Shown: in pieces, positions 1 through 7,349 of the stretch
Layout of the letters: every line of letters starts with the position of its first letter
Position numbering within the stretch: the first letter of the stretch is position 1
NCBI GenBank assembly: GCA_964500765.1
Contig: CAZCPV010000003.1
Span: 1-33,799, forward strand
Length of the DNA stretch: 33,799 nt
DNA from: an uncultured Draconibacterium sp.
Lineage (GTDB): Bacteria; Bacteroidota; Bacteroidia; Bacteroidales; JAADGE01
Direction of reading: 5' to 3'
Notes under the pieces: model-generated
Told to the model about the DNA's origin: nothing
What the model saw: only the letters and a program-made list of their open reading frames with translations
Database searches by the model: none
Made by a program: the position numbers and the translations under genes

Positions 1-29
1 ATTATTTTTTGCTTCGCAGGAAAGAATTC

Positions 30-62
30 AACTTCGGCAAAGTTAAAAACTTTGCTGAAGTT
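30..62. repeat. REP-like 33-bp palindrome (AACTTCGGCAAAGTT-AAA-AACTTTGCTGAAGTT)
   Basis: 15-bp inverted arms (one G-T pair) around a 3-nt loop; a related copy lies at 28879-28911. Confidence 0.75.
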
Positions 63-149
63 CGTAAGAAATAATTCTTGCAGGTTTTTTGAACAGTTTG
101 CAAAAATCTCGCTCAAAATAAAAAGTTTCTGTTTCTTGAATGTCCCTTG

Positions 150-521
150 TTAACTCTGCAACCATTTTTCGGCTTCTTTGAAATCGATAAAATATTGTAT
201 TTCCTGCGGTGTATCGGAAATATTTTCGGATTTTAAATTAATCCCTTTCATAATATTTGTATCCGAAACAATTAATGCACTTTTTTTTCGATTTACTTTT
301 CCTTTATTCTCTTTGAAAACATCAATCATATTTTGCAATTCTTTTGAATCAAAATTTTTATCACATAATCTGAAATCCGAAATCAAATTAAAATTTCTGT
401 TAAATTTTTTATGATGAAATTCATCATGTTTTAATTTTATGTATTCGTCTGTCGTAATATCCGAAGCTAATACTTCCGTTATTACTTTTTTATCTTCAAA
501 AATTTTAAAAGAACTTTTCAT
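150..521 (-). CDS. STAS/SEC14 (SpoIIAA-like) small protein, paralog 2
   Basis: 123-aa ORF with family-style motifs ISDFR, KSALIV and C-terminal F.DFKEAEKWL; collinear with the neighbouring 125-aa ORF. Confidence 0.7.
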   Translation of the reverse strand: MKSSFKIFEDKKVITEVLASDITTDEYIKLKHDEFHHKKFNRNFNLISDFRLCDKNFDSKELQNMIDVFKENKGKVNRKKSALIVSDTNIMKGINLKSENISDTPQEIQYFIDFKEAEKWLQS

Positions 522-547
522 ATTTTGAGTTTAAAATTAAAACAATT

Positions 548-925
548 TTACCATTTTTCTTTTATCCATTTCACAGTAGCACTCATTGAAGAAAAAACGC
601 TGATTTTTACGGGCAATTTACGAGCTTTTTGTCCGAAAAACAAGGAAGAGGCAACCAATTGCGGAGAATCTGCAACCACAGCACTTTTTCTGTTTTTCAT
701 TTTTCCCGAATTCATTTTCATAAAATCTATAATTTCTTCTATTAAATTCTCATTAAATACGTTATTAACTTCTCTTAAATCAGTTATTACATCATATTCC
801 GGATTAAAATCAATATCCGAAAATTCTGATAATTTTACTTTTTTATAATCTTCAAGACTTACTTTCTTCGGCCAAGTTTCGATAATAACTTTGTTTTTTG
901 TGTCTATTTTATAGCTTATTTCCAT
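548..925 (-). CDS. STAS/SEC14 (SpoIIAA-like) small protein, paralog 1
   Basis: 125-aa ORF with ITDLRE, RKSAVVA and C-terminal FSSMSATVKWI. Confidence 0.72.
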   Translation of the reverse strand: MEISYKIDTKNKVIIETWPKKVSLEDYKKVKLSEFSDIDFNPEYDVITDLREVNNVFNENLIEEIIDFMKMNSGKMKNRKSAVVADSPQLVASSLFFGQKARKLPVKISVFSSMSATVKWIKEKW

Positions 926-972
926 TGTCCTGCATAAAAGTCAAACCTTGATTGCATTATTTACCGAATACC

Positions 973-980
973 CAAATTTA
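973..980 (-). promoter_or_regulatory. Bacteroidota -7 promoter element (TAAATTTG) for the STAS-like pair
   Basis: Exact TAnnTTTG match on the minus strand ~47 nt upstream of the ATG at 925, just after the hox terminator. Confidence 0.55.
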
Positions 981-997
981 TATATTTTTTTTCATAT

Positions 998-1027
998 AAA
1001 AAAACCCGCAAAAAACTGCGGGCTTTT
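998..1027 (-). terminator. Rho-independent terminator of the hox operon
   Basis: CCCGCA/TGCGGG stem (1005-1022) followed on the minus strand by a 7-U tract (998-1004), ~25 nt past the hoxW stop. Confidence 0.75.
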
Positions 1028-1048
1028 AAAAAACAGACTAAAAAATAA

Positions 1049-1498
1049 TTATTTTGAAATTTCGGAAAAGCAATTAATTGCCGCCGATAAGTTTTTTTTT
1101 GCCGACCGGCTGATGCCTTCTTCCAATTCCCATTTGTATCCTTTTATTTTCAATATATATGCTTCGGGTTTTTTACCGTAAACACTTTCTGCCAAAGCCA
1201 AAATTGCTTCCGGCTCAAGGGCATGCGTGGTATAGGAAATTTTGCCGTCGGTTTTGCATTTTTCTATTTTATACCCTTCGGGCAAATCGTCTGCATAAGC
1301 ATCTGCAAACAGAACTTTCTCGGCATTTGCAACAAGTTCGGCATCTTCAATATTCAATTGATAACAATAATGCAATTGCCCCTTAAAACTTTCTTTTTTT
1401 TGAATTTCGTCAAGGAAAGCCCAACCCAAACCGTCATCTTGCCGAGCTGAGTTTCCTATTCCGAAAATTACGGTGTTTTTATGATTTAAATTTTTCAT
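1049..1498 (-). CDS. hoxW: Hydrogenase maturation endopeptidase (HoxW/HycI family)
   Basis: GIGNSARQDDGLG, FADA and TTH motifs; overlaps the 3' end of hoxH by 20 nt. Confidence 0.9.
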   Translation of the reverse strand: MKNLNHKNTVIFGIGNSARQDDGLGWAFLDEIQKKESFKGQLHYCYQLNIEDAELVANAEKVLFADAYADDLPEGYKIEKCKTDGKISYTTHALEPEAILALAESVYGKKPEAYILKIKGYKWELEEGISRSAKKNLSAAINCFSEISK

Positions 1499-2936
1499 CG
1501 ATTAATTCACCTTTATTATTAAGAATTGATAATTTCAAAGGCATTTTGCCCATAGCATGTGTGGCACAACTTAAACAAGGGTCGTAAGCTCTTATTGCCA
1601 CCTCCACTTGATTCAGCATACCTTCAGTAATTTCACCTTGCTTATCCAAAACATTTTGAGCAACCCAACCGACTGCCTTATTCATCGGATCGTTATTATG
1701 TGTTGTTGACACAATTAAATTACATTTTTCAATTTTCCCGGCATCATCCACTTTATAATGATGAATTAAAGTACCGCGCGGTGCTTCAATAACACCGATA
1801 CCTTCATTTCTTCTTACCCCTTCACGAACTAATTCATCACCCGTAATATCCTCATCGTGAAGCAGTTCTTTCATAACTTCTGCTGCATGCAAGGTTTCTA
1901 TTAATCGAGCCAAGTGCGTGTGCATAGTCATATTATTGGGTTTGCCGTTTGTGTATGCCGCAAATTCTTTACGTTCTTTTTCGGCAAGCGGTGTAGATAT
2001 TGAATCACAAACATTTAATCTGCCCAAGGGACCTACGCGGTTCCATCCGTTTTCTCTTCCGAGATGTTTGATATACGGAAATTTCAAATACGACCAACGT
2101 TCAACATCTTCATTAAAATATTTATGATATTGGAAATCCGGTATATCGTTAAGTGTAATATTTCCTTCATAGTCAAGGGCTCTTAATCTGCCGTCGTATA
2201 AATCCAAAGTTCCGGTTCCGTCTTTTGACACCAAACCGAGATGTCCCGAGGGGAAGGCGGCAAAAGTATCCAACCATGCAGCATGTTCTTTATGGTATCC
2301 TTTCATAAAATCGATTACTTCGGTACACCACTCAATCATGGTATCAACGGAAGGGATTTCTTTTCCGTCGAGGAAATAATCAATTTCGTTTCTGCGAAGA
2401 TTTTTATGAACACCTCCGGGAACTGCGGCAATACCGTGAATTTTTTTCCCGGCAGTTGCTTTAATCATTTCTTGCCCGAATTTACGCATCAAAATACCTT
2501 TTTTTGCCAATTCGGGATGTTCTTGTGCCACACCTACAACATTTCTGATTGCCGGATCGGCATCAACGCCAAAAAGCAAATCGGGAGCAGCAAGATAAAA
2601 GAAATGCAAAGCATGCGATTGAAAAACTTGCCCATAATGCAACAATTTTCTGATTTTTACAGCTGTCGGCGATAAATCTTCGGGGTTAATTCCCACTATT
2701 TGGTCAATAGCTTTTGCCGCCGCCAAATGATGACTTACGGGACAAATACCGCACAAACGCTGTACAACCAAAGGTGCTTGCCAATACGGATGCCCTTGTA
2801 TAAATTTTTCGAAACCGCGAAATTCCACAATATGAAATTTGGAATCGGTAACTTTTCCGTTATCGTCTATTTGAATGGTAACCTTTCCGTGTCCTTCGAC
2901 TCTTGTTACCGGATCTATTACTATTTTTTTACTCAT
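1479..2936 (-). CDS. hoxH: Group 3d [NiFe]-hydrogenase large subunit
   Basis: TRVEGH, L1 motif RLCGIC, EAPRG and L2 motif DPCLSCATH, followed by a 25-aa cleavable C-terminal extension. Confidence 0.96.
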   Translation of the reverse strand: MSKKIVIDPVTRVEGHGKVTIQIDDNGKVTDSKFHIVEFRGFEKFIQGHPYWQAPLVVQRLCGICPVSHHLAAAKAIDQIVGINPEDLSPTAVKIRKLLHYGQVFQSHALHFFYLAAPDLLFGVDADPAIRNVVGVAQEHPELAKKGILMRKFGQEMIKATAGKKIHGIAAVPGGVHKNLRRNEIDYFLDGKEIPSVDTMIEWCTEVIDFMKGYHKEHAAWLDTFAAFPSGHLGLVSKDGTGTLDLYDGRLRALDYEGNITLNDIPDFQYHKYFNEDVERWSYLKFPYIKHLGRENGWNRVGPLGRLNVCDSISTPLAEKERKEFAAYTNGKPNNMTMHTHLARLIETLHAAEVMKELLHDEDITGDELVREGVRRNEGIGVIEAPRGTLIHHYKVDDAGKIEKCNLIVSTTHNNDPMNKAVGWVAQNVLDKQGEITEGMLNQVEVAIRAYDPCLSCATHAMGKMPLKLSILNNKGELIDEKFKS

Positions 2937-2943
2937 TTTTTTT

Positions 2944-3014
2944 AGTTAAAAGTTTATAAAGTTGAAAGTTTATAAAGTTTCTATGTTTCTCTGTAACAAA
3001 AACTTTTCAACTTT
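2944..3014. repeat. AAAGTT-based direct plus inverted repeat in the hoxUY-hoxH spacer
   Basis: AAAGTTTATAAAGTT occurs at 2949-2963 and 2965-2979; the inverted AACTTTTCAACTTT occurs at 3001-3014. Confidence 0.7.
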
Positions 3015-3015
3015 T

Positions 3016-4290
3016 TTAATCGTATTTGAATTCCTCGTAAGCAACTTTCTCTCCTGCACCGAATAAAATATTTTTAATTGCTTTCCAAATATGTTCGGCA
3101 TTAGGCGGACAACCCGGAATATAATAATCAATTTTTATAATGTCGCTTACGGCATATACTTTATCTAATAATTTAGGTATATCTTCATGATAGGGTATTA
3201 CATTTTCGCCGTTTTCGCTTGAAATTGAATTCAAATAGGCCTCTTCGAGGCAATCTTTCAGAGGTAATGTATTTCTCATCGCCGGCATACCGCCCCAAAT
3301 AGAACATTCGCCGAGAGCAACAACGATATTACATTTTTTTCGGAACTCTTTCAGTACTTCAAAATTTTCGGAATTGGCAACACCGCCTTCAATAATTCCT
3401 ATATCGCACTGTTTCGAGAATTTTTTAATATCGGTAAGCGGTGATTTGTTAAATTCTACAAGTTCAAGCACATCCAAAATACCCAAATCAATATCGAGCA
3501 AGGACATGTGACATCCGAAACATCCTGCCAGTGAGGTTGTTGCAACAATTTTCTTTTTTCCGTCTTTCGGAAGGTTTAAATCTAAATTTTCGGATTGTAT
3601 CCATTTAATATTTTTATCAACATCAAATTTACGGTCGCCGAAAGGTTTTGCACTGCATTTTCCTTTTGCAATTATTGCACCTACGGGGCAAAGTTTTGCT
3701 GCTTCAATCACTTGTTCATCCGTAAGTTCTTTGGCTTTTTCGTAGTCCATACCGACCAGCATATTATGCCCTCTGTTTTGAAAATAGAAAACATTTTCGC
3801 CTTTATTTGTTTTTACTTCATGGACACAGCGTTTACAAAGAATACAACGGTTATGTTCCAAGAAAATCCGGTCGTCTTTAAAATCTCTCGGGCGTTCTTC
3901 GAAAAGGTGCGGAAATCGTGATGATGAAATTCCCATTTCATACCCTTTACGTTGCAATTCGCAATCGCCGCTTTTTGCACATGCCGGGCAATAATGATTG
4001 CCTTCGGCAAACAGCATTTCCACAATGGCTTTTCTGTTATCCAAAACTTCGGCAGTATTAACTTCAACTTCCATTCCGTCAAAGACTTTACGCGTACATG
4101 CGGTATCCGGTTTACCGTTGATATTTACGGTACAAACGCGACAAGTTCCGAGCGGCGGATATATTTCTTTAAAATGACAAAGTGTAGGAATATAAAATCC
4201 GTGTTTTTTGGCTGCTTCGACTAATGATTGACCTTCAATTGCCTCAAACTTTTTGCCGTCTATTTTTATTGTTACAAGTTTTTGTTCCAT
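3016..4290 (-). CDS. hoxU-hoxY: Fused HoxU-HoxY (diaphorase Fe-S subunit plus hydrogenase small subunit)
   Basis: aa 1-223 are HoxU-like (IPTLC..GTCRVC..TAC; NHYCPAC..DC; RCILCKRC..CPVGA). aa 245-424 are HoxY-like (TSLAGCFGCH, EGG, GEC, PGCPP). Single uninterrupted ORF. Confidence 0.9.
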   Translation of the reverse strand: MEQKLVTIKIDGKKFEAIEGQSLVEAAKKHGFYIPTLCHFKEIYPPLGTCRVCTVNINGKPDTACTRKVFDGMEVEVNTAEVLDNRKAIVEMLFAEGNHYCPACAKSGDCELQRKGYEMGISSSRFPHLFEERPRDFKDDRIFLEHNRCILCKRCVHEVKTNKGENVFYFQNRGHNMLVGMDYEKAKELTDEQVIEAAKLCPVGAIIAKGKCSAKPFGDRKFDVDKNIKWIQSENLDLNLPKDGKKKIVATTSLAGCFGCHMSLLDIDLGILDVLELVEFNKSPLTDIKKFSKQCDIGIIEGGVANSENFEVLKEFRKKCNIVVALGECSIWGGMPAMRNTLPLKDCLEEAYLNSISSENGENVIPYHEDIPKLLDKVYAVSDIIKIDYYIPGCPPNAEHIWKAIKNILFGAGEKVAYEEFKYD

Positions 4291-4291
4291 T

Positions 4292-6013
4292 TTAATTATT
4301 TTTTACGTAATCATAATAATCATTTAAAGCTGCCGAAAGGTCGAATTTCTTTTCTTTTAAACCTTTTCCTTTAAACAGTTCGGGGAATTTATTAACAGCA
4401 TCGACAATAAAATTCGTCGAAGTTTTTCCCAATCCGCAGCGTGAAGTATCTCTCAACACTTTTGCCCAAGTTTTTATTTCTTCAATTTCATCAAAAGTTG
4501 CCTCTCCGTTTCTGATTCTTTCCAATCTTTTACCTATCAAATAGTTTCCTGCTCTGCAAGGAGTGCAAAGTCCGCAGGATTCGGCTATAAAAAAGTTTGA
4601 AAAATTAGTCAAAATATCAAAAACATCTCTTTTGGAGTTAAATATCATAACCGAACCGCCGCAAATTAAATCTTCACCGGAAATTGTTCTGTTAAAATCT
4701 TTTTCGGTTAAAACCGTTCCCGAAGGACCGCTGAATTGAATATAATTAACATCTTTTGCTTCGCAAAGATTCAACATTTCTTTTATAGTCATTCCCCACT
4801 CTATTTCATATATTCCGGGTTTTTTACAATCTCCCGAAATTGACAAAAGTTTTGTACCTTTTGTTTTAGGTGTTCCTTTTGTGCTGAAAATTTCACTTCC
4901 GAATTCCATTATTCGAGCCGCCGAACAAAATGTCTCTACATTGTTTACGACGGTCGGTTTTTCGAGATAACCCTTTTCAACGGGAAAAAATACTTTTGTT
5001 CGAGGACCGCCTCTTTTACCTTCAAGCGATTCGATTAATGAAGTTTCTTCACCGCAAACATAAGCACCGGCACCGGACATTACGGAAATATCAAAATCAA
5101 AATTCTTTCCGAGAATATTTTGACCGAGCAAGCCAATATCATAGAAATGATTGATAGTTTCCTGTAATTTCTTTTTCAAAAAACGGTATTCGGCTCTCAA
5201 ATAAATAATTCCTTTTGTTGCTCCTACGGCATATCCGCCGGTAATCATTCCTTCGAGTAATAATCCGGGGTATTGATTTAATAAAACTCGGTCTTTAAAG
5301 GTTCCGGGTTCGCCTTCATCGGCATTACAAAGCACGTATTTCTGCATACTTTGGCTTCGTTTAGCAAATTCCCACTTCATTCCCGTAGGAAAAAAGGCAC
5401 CGCCTCTGCCGGAAAGTCCGCTGTCTTTTATATCCTGAATAACTTCCGACGGTTTCTTTTTTACTAAATTCAAAATACCCTCTCCTGTTTTATATTCACG
5501 AAAAAGAACGGGTTCGCCTTTATCGTTTTTATATCTTATAAAATCGGGAATTTCATCTTTAATATCTTCAATATTTCCGCCTTTTTTTAAGTGGGAAACG
5601 ATGTCTTTAACTTTCTTAGGAGTAAGATTAATAAAAGGTATAAAATTAATTAATACCGCCGGTTCGTGTTCGCTTAATCCGATACAGGATGTTTCAAACA
5701 AACTGAAAGTTCCGGTAGGGTCGGTTTCTCCGAAAATCGTTTTTGTTTCTTTTTCAAATGCCTCTTTTACTTTTTTAACGCCTTTAATTTCGGAAATCAT
5801 ACTGTTATTTAGGTAAATCGTATATTTTCCGGTTGGTTTTCGTTTGAAAAAATGGTAAAAAGATATGACACCTTCGATTTCAATCCAAGAAATGCCGAGC
5901 TCTTTTGACAATTTTCGTATATCAGACGTGCTGATGTAACCGTTTTTGTCTTGAAATTCCCACAAATAATTTAATAATTGTGTTCTTTCGTTTCTGACTG
6001 CCGTGTAATCCAT
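4292..6013 (-). CDS. hoxF: Diaphorase flavoprotein subunit HoxF (NuoE-like plus NuoF-like domains)
   Basis: GRGGAFFPTG, NADEGEPGTFKDR, GAGAYVCGEE and [4Fe-4S] motif ESCGLCTPCR...CGLG; the N-terminal NuoE-like region lacks most [2Fe-2S] cysteines. Confidence 0.93.
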   Translation of the reverse strand: MDYTAVRNERTQLLNYLWEFQDKNGYISTSDIRKLSKELGISWIEIEGVISFYHFFKRKPTGKYTIYLNNSMISEIKGVKKVKEAFEKETKTIFGETDPTGTFSLFETSCIGLSEHEPAVLINFIPFINLTPKKVKDIVSHLKKGGNIEDIKDEIPDFIRYKNDKGEPVLFREYKTGEGILNLVKKKPSEVIQDIKDSGLSGRGGAFFPTGMKWEFAKRSQSMQKYVLCNADEGEPGTFKDRVLLNQYPGLLLEGMITGGYAVGATKGIIYLRAEYRFLKKKLQETINHFYDIGLLGQNILGKNFDFDISVMSGAGAYVCGEETSLIESLEGKRGGPRTKVFFPVEKGYLEKPTVVNNVETFCSAARIMEFGSEIFSTKGTPKTKGTKLLSISGDCKKPGIYEIEWGMTIKEMLNLCEAKDVNYIQFSGPSGTVLTEKDFNRTISGEDLICGGSVMIFNSKRDVFDILTNFSNFFIAESCGLCTPCRAGNYLIGKRLERIRNGEATFDEIEEIKTWAKVLRDTSRCGLGKTSTNFIVDAVNKFPELFKGKGLKEKKFDLSAALNDYYDYVKNN

Positions 6014-6072
6014 ATAAAATCAGTTTTAATTTTTTTCTGATGTAAAATTCCGAATTACTTACAGCAATATCA

Positions 6073-6086
6073 ATGACATTTATCAT
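6073..6086. promoter_or_regulatory. Crp/Fnr-family-like palindromic operator upstream of hoxF
   Basis: ATGAC-ATTT-ATCAT fits the TGA(T/C)-N4-(A/G)TCA geometry, 60-73 nt upstream of the hoxF ATG. Confidence 0.55.
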
Positions 6087-6214
6087 ATAGGGATAAATCA
6101 AAAAGTATTTTAATATTAAACACTGTATTTCAGGTAATTATATAACAATTACAAAAGCGTTTCAAATCTTATTTATATTTTTTCTAAATAACAAATATTA
6201 AATACAGCTGAAAT

Positions 6215-6222
6215 TAAATTTG
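6215..6222 (+). promoter_or_regulatory. Bacteroidota -7 element (TAAATTTG)
   Basis: TAnnTTTG match ~50 nt upstream of the EEP gene start. Confidence 0.5.
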
Positions 6223-6271
6223 CATTTTCAGTAAGATTATTTTAGAATTGCAACATAATCAAACTTAAATT

Positions 6272-7339
6272 TTGAAAAAAATTCTTTTTAAAACAGGACT
6301 CTTTTTTAATTGGTTTTTCGCCGTTTTACTGATAATCTCGGATTTATCGGTTTTTATAAGTCCCGATTTTATTCCTTATTCGGGTTTACTCGGTTTATTC
6401 TTTCCTTTTCTTCTTATTGTCAATATTATTTTTTTGATTTTCAGAATTTTCGGTAAAAAAGTTTATTTTTTCATATCACTTATTGCCTTATTGTTAAGTT
6501 TTTACAGAATACAAGATTCGTATGCTTTCGGAAATAAAGAAGTTATCGGTGCACCGGTAAATTCGATAAAAATTATGTCGTATAATGTTCGTATGTTCGA
6601 CCTTTATAATTGGACGGGGCAGCATTCGGGCGAGGATATCTTCAATCTTATAAAAAATGAAAATGCCGATATTATTTGTCTTCAGGAATTTTATTCCCGC
6701 AAAGGATTTGATTTTCAAGATAAAATAATCAATGCTCAACATACAAAAAACTATTTGATTTCGTCAAAAGACAAAACGGGCTATTCGGGAAATGCTGTTT
6801 TCAGTAAGTATCCGATTGTTTCGAGCGGATTTGTCGATGTGGGCAGTTCCAAACAAAAATGTATTTATGCCGATATTGTGAAACAGAGAGATACATTCAG
6901 AATTTACGGAATTCATTTGGCATCAATTCATTTAAACAGTGATGATTACAAATTTATAAAAAATATTAACGAAAATAATAAAGATGAGAATATCGAAGGC
7001 GTAAAAGGTATCGGCTCAAAATTAGTGGATGCCTATAAGATAAGAGCTCAAGAAGTTGAAACATTGGTTCCGCATATTGAAGCATCGCCGTATCCGGTAA
7101 TTATTTGCGGGGATTTTAACGACACTCCGGTTTCGTACACCTACCGAAGCATACGAGGAAATTTGAAAGATGCTTTTACGGAAGCCGGTATCGGAATAGG
7201 GCATACCTATGCAAAAGGTTTGCCTCTATTCAGGATTGATTTTATTTTGCACGACAAAAAAATGACGGCAAAATCGTTTAAACGTATCAGAAAAGATTTT
7301 TCGGATCATTATCCGATATGTTCCGTAATTGAATTATAA
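6272..7339 (+). CDS. Membrane-anchored endonuclease/exonuclease/phosphatase (EEP) family protein
   Basis: Three N-terminal hydrophobic segments, then SYNV, DIICLQE, GDFND, RIDFI and SDHYP motifs; TTG start. Confidence 0.9.
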   Translation: MKKILFKTGLFFNWFFAVLLIISDLSVFISPDFIPYSGLLGLFFPFLLIVNIIFLIFRIFGKKVYFFISLIALLLSFYRIQDSYAFGNKEVIGAPVNSIKIMSYNVRMFDLYNWTGQHSGEDIFNLIKNENADIICLQEFYSRKGFDFQDKIINAQHTKNYLISSKDKTGYSGNAVFSKYPIVSSGFVDVGSSKQKCIYADIVKQRDTFRIYGIHLASIHLNSDDYKFIKNINENNKDENIEGVKGIGSKLVDAYKIRAQEVETLVPHIEASPYPVIICGDFNDTPVSYTYRSIRGNLKDAFTEAGIGIGHTYAKGLPLFRIDFILHDKKMTAKSFKRIRKDFSDHYPICSVIEL

Positions 7340-7349
7340 ACAGACAAGT

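Noticed and set aside
1-153. Stop-free plus-strand frame from the window edge (IIFCFAGKNSTSAKLKTLLKF...)
   Set aside because: Runs through the REP-like palindrome and has no recognisable protein features; probably chance, though it cannot be fully excluded at the window edge.
1479-2936. Possible [NiFeSe] hydrogenase or selenocysteine recoding
   Set aside because: All four L1/L2 ligands are Cys codons and there is no in-frame TGA.
3602-3607. TAA-ATG in an alternative frame inside the HoxU-HoxY linker, suggesting a mis-assembled gene boundary
   Set aside because: It is out of frame with both HoxU and HoxY, so two compensating indels would be needed; the fusion is the simpler reading.
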